Assembly (NCBI GenBank): GCA_036337435.1
Contig: JAYZEG010000041.1
Span: forward strand, 32,001-96,000
DNA: 64,000 nucleotides
Origin: Myxococcota bacterium
GTDB taxonomy: Bacteria; Myxococcota_A; Bradymonadia; UBA7976; UBA1532
Reading direction: 5' to 3'
A model generated the notes under the pieces. The model saw nothing but the letters and a program-made list of their open reading frames with translations. It was not told where the DNA came from and made no database searches. Positions within the stretch are counted from its first letter, which is position 1; each line of letters starts with the position of its first letter. Below, one piece after another: positions 57,706-64,000 of the stretch. The position numbers were made by a program, and so were the translations under genes.

Positions 57706-58755
57706 TCATGGGTCCATGCAGCGATAAAGATTCAATGGCTGTGGCGTCCGGCCGTCTGGATCTTCGGAGATGGTCAAAACGTGTCGGCCATCGGTGCTGT
57801 ATGAAACCGCTTCGCCTTGGCCCTCTGATAGGGGGCCGAGTGCAACGGTCGTCGGGGTCTGTGCGGCGATAGACGAGACTTGTTCTGTCGCGTCCAACCG
57901 ATATTCGTACGTCCCTGTATACACTCGAATCAAGAGTCGAGTGCCCGTGGGGTGTAGGTCAGCCGCTGTCACTAACCGACCCCGTTCAATGTCGATGCCC
58001 GGGGGGTCGAATTCGAGAATTGCGCGCATGATGACCTGGCCGCCATCACGCAGTGCGCCCTGGCTTTCGTACAGTTTGATTTTGCGACCTTCGGCCTTCT
58101 CGATAATCCAGAACCGACTTCCATCGCCAGCCACGAAGATGGCTTCAGCGTCTTTGGGGCCATCTTCGTATTGAACTCTCAATGTCCAAACGTCCTCTGG
58201 AACGCTGTCACCCAGTCTTGCTGGTTCGGGTACAATCACAATCGACACTTCAGGTCGCCGGTTCAGATTATCTCCGATATCGGCGATCCAAATGCAGCTA
58301 TCATCACGTCCGGGACAGCGCGCGACGGCAAGGTCCTCCCAGTCGGTTGCGTTGACAGGCACAGTCAAGCGGCCCAGCAAGCCACCCATTTGGTCTAGGC
58401 TATAAACAATGGGATCATGGCCTGAATCGTTATGTACCCAATATCGATCGGCAATTCGTCTCGATGCGGCCAGTCCCGATGCTTCAACCAATGCAGGATA
58501 GCCAGAGATGGTCATCGCCTGTGGCGCCTGGTACCCTGATTCACAGGTCGATAAAGGGTGTCCCGAACCAGACGCGTCTGTTGTGTCGTTAGAGGCACCT
58601 ACATCGGGCTGTTCCACACCTAAATCGCTATGTCCAATTGACATCTCACTCGTCGTTTCGTGTGAGACTGACTTGGTTCCAGCACTGCATGCGGTCAGCG
58701 AAATGACCATGAACAAAAGGTACCCGCGTTGGGTGTGGACTAAAATCCGTCGCAT
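57706..58755 (-). CDS. Lipoprotein with beta-propeller-like domain (HNDSG/DWEDLA/DIGDN family)
   Basis: Lipobox LTA-C; EASGL, HNDSG, DWEDLA, ADIGDN, DAEA, QGEAV; AGGAG RBS before ATG 58755. Confidence 0.78.
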   Translation of the reverse strand: MRRILVHTQRGYLLFMVISLTACSAGTKSVSHETTSEMSIGHSDLGVEQPDVGASNDTTDASGSGHPLSTCESGYQAPQAMTISGYPALVEASGLAASRRIADRYWVHNDSGHDPIVYSLDQMGGLLGRLTVPVNATDWEDLAVARCPGRDDSCIWIADIGDNLNRRPEVSIVIVPEPARLGDSVPEDVWTLRVQYEDGPKDAEAIFVAGDGSRFWIIEKAEGRKIKLYESQGALRDGGQVIMRAILEFDPPGIDIERGRLVTAADLHPTGTRLLIRVYTGTYEYRLDATEQVSSIAAQTPTTVALGPLSEGQGEAVSYSTDGRHVLTISEDPDGRTPQPLNLYRCMDP

Positions 58756-58778
58756 CCTACTCCTGTCCCCAAATGCAG

Positions 58779-59096
58779 TCATGGTACTTGCGCAGAGATG
58801 CTCTGACATGACCAGCACACTTCAAATGTGCATGGATTGACTTCGCCACACTGCTCGCAGGTCCAATCAGGCCCATCCTGATTCACCGCGTCATCAATGA
58901 CCCGTATGGCCGCGTCGAGATGCTGCGGAAACACGTAAAGTTCAACCCGTGCTTCGTCAACTGGCACTTCGCCGACCAAGGGGCTGATGTGCTGAGAGCG
59001 AATGAATGATGGAATTCCTTCACGGGTCAGTACACTTCTCACCAAGTGGACATCGACTGCTTGGAGTGATGAAAATACAACAATGCGGTCAGACAC
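58779..59096 (-). CDS. DUF2007-like domain plus RanBP2-type zinc finger protein
   Basis: HLVRSVL.REGI.S.IR..GEVP; WTCEQCGEVNPCTFEVCWSC. Confidence 0.82.
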   Translation of the reverse strand: MSDRIVVFSSLQAVDVHLVRSVLTREGIPSFIRSQHISPLVGEVPVDEARVELYVFPQHLDAAIRVIDDAVNQDGPDWTCEQCGEVNPCTFEVCWSCQSISAQVP

Positions 59097-59276
59097 GTGC
59101 TCTCGCTCTTGCCATTGAATGCATCACAGTGTTGCCCAAGGTGCGTCATGATCGCAAGTCTCAGTGCCCGCTGCTGGACAGTGTAAGGGCTCTTGCGGCA
59201 TCTGTTGGACGACGCTACAGTCATGTGTCAAATCCATACGCGGACGAAGACGTGAAAAATTAAAAGGGGACCAGCT

Positions 59277-60146
59277 ATGAGCCAAATCGTTAAGTGCGGA
59301 CTGATACAATGCAGTAATCCGATCAATGACGAATCTGTACCAGTTGCGGAAATTCAACAGGCGATGTTGGACAAGCACTTGCCCATGATCGACGAAGCCG
59401 GTCAGAAAGGGGTTCAAATTCTCTGTTTACAGGAGATTTTCAATGGCCCTTATTACTGTCCGAGCCAAGATAAACGCTGGTACGATTCAGCAGAACCTGT
59501 GCCCGATGGCCCAACCACACGTCTCATGCAGGAGTATGCAAAAAAATATTCGATGGTCATTGTCGTCCCGATATACGAACAGGATATGCGTGGGGTCTAC
59601 TACAATACGGCGGCCGTCATCGATGCTGACGGGCGTTATCTCGGCAAGTATCGAAAACAGCATATTCCCCAGACGTCTGGGTTTTGGGAAAAGTTCTTCT
59701 TCAAGCCAGGAAATGGTGGTTATCCGGTCTTCCAGACGGCCTATGCGAAAGTGGGCGTCTACATTTGCTACGATCGACATTTTCCAGAGGGGTGGCGCGC
59801 CTTAGGCTTGAATGGCGCCGAAATTGTTTTCAATCCATCGGCTACGGTGGCTGGTCTGTCCGAATATCTCTGGAAACTTGAACAGCCAGCAGCCGCTGTG
59901 GCCAATACCTACTACATTGGTGCTATCAATCGGGTTGGAACTGAACCCCCATGGAACATCGGTGAATTTTACGGGCAGAGCTACTTCGTTAATCCACGCG
60001 GGCAGTTCGAGGCAATGGCTTCGCGCGACCAAGATGAGCTGGTTATTGCTGATCTCGATTTAGGTCAGATCGATGAAGTCCGTAAGGTTTGGCAGTTTTA
60101 CCGTGACCGTCGGCCAGAGGCGTATGATGAATTGGTGGAGCTATAA
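59277..60146 (+). CDS. Beta-ureidopropionase (nitrilase superfamily)
   Basis: CLQEIFNGPY, KYRKQHIP..FWEKFFFKPG, ICYDRHFPE (E-K-C triad). Confidence 0.9.
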   Translation: MSQIVKCGLIQCSNPINDESVPVAEIQQAMLDKHLPMIDEAGQKGVQILCLQEIFNGPYYCPSQDKRWYDSAEPVPDGPTTRLMQEYAKKYSMVIVVPIYEQDMRGVYYNTAAVIDADGRYLGKYRKQHIPQTSGFWEKFFFKPGNGGYPVFQTAYAKVGVYICYDRHFPEGWRALGLNGAEIVFNPSATVAGLSEYLWKLEQPAAAVANTYYIGAINRVGTEPPWNIGEFYGQSYFVNPRGQFEAMASRDQDELVIADLDLGQIDEVRKVWQFYRDRRPEAYDELVEL

Positions 60147-61478
60147 ATGAGTGACTCTTTGACTGAGCAAGAAATCGTTGAGTTATGCAAGGCCCACAGC
60201 ATGTTCAGTTGGTCTCGCGGCAATGACGTAAAGCCCTGGCCAATCGAGCGTGCCGAGGGGATCTACATGTACGGGCCTGATGGCCAGCGCATCATCGATT
60301 TCAATAGCCAGTTGATGAGCGTCAATATCGGTCATGGCCATCCCAAGGTCCGTGACGCGATGAAGGCGCAAATTGACAAACTGCTTTTTGTATGGCCCGG
60401 CGCAGCTACGGAAGTTCGTGCGCGTGTGAGTCGAAAGCTGAGTCGATTGGTCCCGGGGAATCTTAATACGTTCTTTTATACGTTGGGTGGAGCTGAAGCC
60501 AACGAAAATGCCATCAAAGCAGCTAAGCTGTATACTGGTCGGAACAAAATAATCGCTCGATATCGAAGCTATCATGGTGCGACAAACGCGACCATGCAGC
60601 TCACAGGTGATCCCCGACGCTTGGCCAATGAGCCGGGGATGCCAGGCGTCATTCATGTCATGGATCCAGAGCCATATGACTATTCTTTCGGGTCAACTGA
60701 CGAGGAAAAAGTTGCTCGAAATCTGCAGTATTTGGAAGAAGTAATTACCTATGAAGGGCCAGATACCATCGCGGCCATGTTCATTGAAACGGTGACAGGA
60801 ACAAACGGGATCCTTCCACCGCCAGCCGGCTATCTGGCGGGCTTGAGGGCACTGCTGGATAAATACAATATTCTTTTGGTCTGCGACGAAGTTATGTGTG
60901 GCTTCGGACGAACTGGTAAGATGTTTGCCTTTGAACATGCAGGCATTGTTCCGGATATCCTGACGATGGCTAAGGGCTTGACGAGTTCCTATGCGCCCAT
61001 GGGTTGTATGGCCATCAGTGATCCAATCGCAGCCCACTTTAAGGACAACGTGTTCTGGGGCGGCCTGACATACAATGCGCACTGTTTGGGACTCGCGACT
61101 GCGGAAGCGGTTATCGATGTAATGCACGAGGAACATTTAATCGAAAATGCCGCAAAAATGGGCCGAGTTATGCGCGGCCACATGCAGGCTATGAAAGATA
61201 AACATCCGTCCGTTCGTAGCTTTCGTCAAATTGGCCTATTCGGCATGATAGACCTTCAGAGAGACCAGAAGGGAACCCGGATGGCCCCTTACAATGGGAC
61301 GCATCCCGGGATGCAGGCACTCGGTGCCCATTTTCGAGCCAATCATTTGTTCACGTTCGTCCGCTGGGGCAGCTTCATGTGCAATCCACCCCTCTGCATC
61401 AACGAAAAGCAGCTAGAAGAGGCCTTTGCCATCATCGACAGTGGACTCGCCTTGACCGATGCGGCCATGGATCACTAA
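60147..61478 (+). CDS. Class III aminotransferase (probable beta-alanine/omega-amino acid transaminase)
   Basis: GGAEANE, SYHG, DEVMCGFGRTG, TMAKG; abuts the ureidopropionase gene. Confidence 0.88.
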   Translation: MSDSLTEQEIVELCKAHSMFSWSRGNDVKPWPIERAEGIYMYGPDGQRIIDFNSQLMSVNIGHGHPKVRDAMKAQIDKLLFVWPGAATEVRARVSRKLSRLVPGNLNTFFYTLGGAEANENAIKAAKLYTGRNKIIARYRSYHGATNATMQLTGDPRRLANEPGMPGVIHVMDPEPYDYSFGSTDEEKVARNLQYLEEVITYEGPDTIAAMFIETVTGTNGILPPPAGYLAGLRALLDKYNILLVCDEVMCGFGRTGKMFAFEHAGIVPDILTMAKGLTSSYAPMGCMAISDPIAAHFKDNVFWGGLTYNAHCLGLATAEAVIDVMHEEHLIENAAKMGRVMRGHMQAMKDKHPSVRSFRQIGLFGMIDLQRDQKGTRMAPYNGTHPGMQALGAHFRANHLFTFVRWGSFMCNPPLCINEKQLEEAFAIIDSGLALTDAAMDH

Positions 61479-61485
61479 GGACCGC

Positions 61486-62379
61486 TTACGGCTTGTCCTT
61501 AATGTAATCGCGGAGTTGCTGAAGTGCGATCTGTCCTCGCTCTTGTTCCGAATCCGGTAGTGCTTGGACGACGTTTCTAAACTCCATTAACGCATATTCG
61601 GCGTGTCCTAAGTCGACTTGGGCGCGTGCGAGTCCCATATGAGCCTCTAGGAGCATTGGACAATGAATCAGAAGGTCATTAAAGATCGTCTTTGCCCCTT
61701 TTGGATCACCCATTTCCAAGAGACGTCGCCCTTGGTCTAAGGCGGGTTGTGCCATCAGCCGTTTGAAATGCTCATCGGTCAAAAATGGTGAAAGACAGAT
61801 ACCCAACCCATCTGTGACAACGCCTGGCTGAGGAGAGAAGGGAATCAGATTAAATCCAGCGCCGAAAACAGCCGCTAATGCAGTTGCCTGCAGGCCTGCG
61901 ACAACATATGAATCTGTCGGCGACAACATGGTGTCCCATCCTAGATAGGCCGTAAGTAGACCGGCGATCAGTAATTCTACTCCGGGGCCCGCCGCGTAAA
62001 TACAGGCATTCTTTAGGCGCGGGGACTGCAAGTTTTTCGGGAGGACTTCCACTAAACCCACAATCGGAAACAGTCGCCATTCTACGGGCACACCGAACCA
62101 AACCGAACGAGTAATGATGGGCCCTATCCCAACTTTAAGCCCGACCACAGCCCATCCGACCAGCCGAGCAACGAGGGCATGGGCAATTTCATGAAGTGCT
62201 GTAAGTGCAAAGTAGGCGAGGAAAAACCAAACCATCGCCAGCCGAGAGGGCGTGACATCCTGAAAGATCTCTAAAGCGAGGAGGCCACAGACGATCCCTG
62301 TAAAGATCGTGATAAAAACGCGCTCGCCCGATGTTTCAGCCTTTTGTTCTTTGGCGTTATCCTTATCGGGCGAAAACAC
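61486..62379 (-). CDS. M50 (site-2) family membrane metalloprotease with C-terminal TPR
   Basis: HEIAH, AAGP, NLIPF..TDG. Confidence 0.82.
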   Translation of the reverse strand: MFSPDKDNAKEQKAETSGERVFITIFTGIVCGLLALEIFQDVTPSRLAMVWFFLAYFALTALHEIAHALVARLVGWAVVGLKVGIGPIITRSVWFGVPVEWRLFPIVGLVEVLPKNLQSPRLKNACIYAAGPGVELLIAGLLTAYLGWDTMLSPTDSYVVAGLQATALAAVFGAGFNLIPFSPQPGVVTDGLGICLSPFLTDEHFKRLMAQPALDQGRRLLEMGDPKGAKTIFNDLLIHCPMLLEAHMGLARAQVDLGHAEYALMEFRNVVQALPDSEQERGQIALQQLRDYIKDKP

Positions 62380-62388
62380 GTTCGTTCG

Positions 62389-63102
62389 CTAATCGCGACT
62401 TGAGACGAGCATCAGCACGTAATAGAACATCGTCGCGATGGTCGAAAAGAGAGCGAGTGATGCAGCGACATGAGAGCCGATGGGGAATTGCCGCATGATG
62501 GTCGATGTGTAGTACAGGACGTAACCGCCCATCAGGACCACCATGGCCATCGCGAAGAAGTCACCTAATTGCACACCACTGAAGACCCACGACACGATGA
62601 TCATACCGAGAGCCGCGAAACTAAGGAGTTGAAGTGCCCGACCCAAAAACGAGAAGTCCTTCTTACTGACCAGAGCCGTCAGTGTGAGTCCTCCAAATGT
62701 CACGCCGGTTATAATCCCAGCACTGCCAATCATGTTGGTCACGGCCACACCCTTGGATGCAGCAATGGCCTTCACGTACATGAGCAATGGCATAAAAATA
62801 ACCGCCTGCGCGACCACATACAGCCCGAGCCCAAGGTATTGCTTCGTTGGGTTCCCCATTTGGAATGCCCATTTGGACGCAAAGTGTCCTGCAGCCATGA
62901 AGGCGATCATCAGGACGATCCAGTTTTTCGCTAATGAGAAAGCCAGATTTTGTCCAAAACTCGAATTGTATAAAACCGTCATCAGGGCGATCCAACCAAG
63001 AATTGCGCCCCCTAAGTGTAGGTACACCTTCTTGAGAAATTCGACGCGTTCATTGACCGTCGCTTGCGCGGCCATTCTCGTTTGGTAACTCACGTACGAC
63101 AT
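62389..63102 (-). CDS. Bax inhibitor-1/YccA family membrane protein
   Basis: RVEFLKKVY.HL; about seven TMs; KKDFSFLG; GGAGG RBS. Confidence 0.9.
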   Translation of the reverse strand: MSYVSYQTRMAAQATVNERVEFLKKVYLHLGGAILGWIALMTVLYNSSFGQNLAFSLAKNWIVLMIAFMAAGHFASKWAFQMGNPTKQYLGLGLYVVAQAVIFMPLLMYVKAIAASKGVAVTNMIGSAGIITGVTFGGLTLTALVSKKDFSFLGRALQLLSFAALGMIIVSWVFSGVQLGDFFAMAMVVLMGGYVLYYTSTIMRQFPIGSHVAASLALFSTIATMFYYVLMLVSSRD

Positions 63103-63354
63103 TGCTTTCCTCCAAACATCGGTATTGGTCTTGCCATCGGCGTCCCTTACTAGACACGTGGCGTCATGAAAGTTATTCCCAACACCGTTAACATTGTCAA
63201 ACTTGTTGCAATCGTCAAGGCGAAGAGTTGGATTTTATTCCATAATCGAGCCGACTTCTTCCTTTCCTTGACGCGAAGTCATTTCGGACTTGTCGGCCAT
63301 GCCGTGTTCTGATGTCCTGTGCAAGATCGAATAACTGGACAAGGAGGGGGAACG

Positions 63355-64000
63355 ATGTCCGAGCTGTACCCCGTGCCGAAGCGGGTCAGAAATGGTGGGC
63401 AGCAGCCCATCCGCAGCATAGCGGATTACACGGCAATCTCGAATCAGTGGTTGAAAGACCCCAATGACTTTTGGTTGGCCGAAACCAAAGGATCAGTAAT
63501 TTGGCAGGTCGAACCAAATATCGGCTTACAGGGCGACTTTAGGTCCGTCTCTAAGGAGCCGTTCACATGGTTTGCCGATGGCCGTTTAAATGTGACCGAA
63601 TCATGTTTGGACCGCCATGTACGAAGCCAGCCAGACAAGACGGCGATCATTTGGGAGGGCGATGAACCAGGTGACGGCCGGTCGCTCACCTATCGTCAAT
63701 TACATGCGGAGGTTTGTCGCGCTGCGGCTGCCCTACGACGCTTGGATGTAGGCTGCGGTGATCGAGTTGTCATCTACATGGGTATGGTTCCCGAAGCGGC
63801 TGTGGCTATGCTCGCTTGTGCAAGAGTCGGCGCGGTTCACTCAGTCGTTTTCGGAGGATTTTCATCAGACGCGCTCCGCGACCGGATTGATGATTGCGGC
63901 GCGAAGATCGTAATCACTCAAGATCAAGGTCTCCGCGGTGGTCGATCCATTCCCTTGAAAGCGACAGTAGATGATGCGCTTTCAAAGACTGATTTGGTTC
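63355..64000 (+). CDS. acs: Acetyl-CoA synthetase (5' part; runs off the window and is absent from the ORF track)
   Basis: My translation from ATG 63355 (GGAGG RBS): WFADGRLNV..CLDRH..DKTAIIWEGDEP..GDRVVIYMGMVPEAAVAMLACARVGAVHSVVFGGFS. Confidence 0.95.
   Translation, partial: MSELYPVPKRVRNGGQQPIRSIADYTAISNQWLKDPNDFWLAETKGSVIWQVEPNIGLQGDFRSVSKEPFTWFADGRLNVTESCLDRHVRSQPDKTAIIWEGDEPGDGRSLTYRQLHAEVCRAAAALRRLDVGCGDRVVIYMGMVPEAAVAMLACARVGAVHSVVFGGFSSDALRDRIDDCGAKIVITQDQGLRGGRSIPLKATVDDALSKTDLV

Noticed and set aside
1..64000. Prophage, IS element, integron or defence island
   Set aside because: No integrase, transposase, phage structural gene or recognisable defence gene was found

Overview
Gene-dense bacterial chromosomal window with about 56 CDS. 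I recognised no rRNA, tRNA, CRISPR array or mobile element. The proteins point to a Myxococcota-like (myxobacterial/Bradymonadia-type) organism: two MYXO-CTERM surface proteins, Myxococcus Cys-rich repeats, three Hanks-type Ser/Thr kinases, PEGA-like, DUF2330-like and MJ0042-type zinc-ribbon proteins. Housekeeping and metabolic genes include lspA-lgt, rpmB, coaX-birA-epmA, yacG, sixA, arsC, a serA-like dehydrogenase, a partial acs, a TatT-type TRAP transporter, an aryl-CoA ligase/creatininase/glutaryl-CoA dehydrogenase operon and a split reductive pyrimidine pathway. The most notable items are: (1) a coupled kinase-PEGA-lipoprotein-lipoprotein-(MYXO-CTERM DUF2330)-HAD phosphatase operon that looks like an uncharacterised trans-envelope system; (2) a large lipoprotein carrying an animal-type SRCR domain; (3) a plant PYD1-type dihydropyrimidine dehydrogenase with no Fe-S module; (4) a TraA-like MYXO-CTERM protein with a QW-repeat barrel head; (5) apparent CHAT and rhomboid pseudoproteases flanking yacG. 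All family calls come from reading motifs by eye, with no database searches. Several start codons were adjusted from the ORF track using RBS position and gene overlaps.
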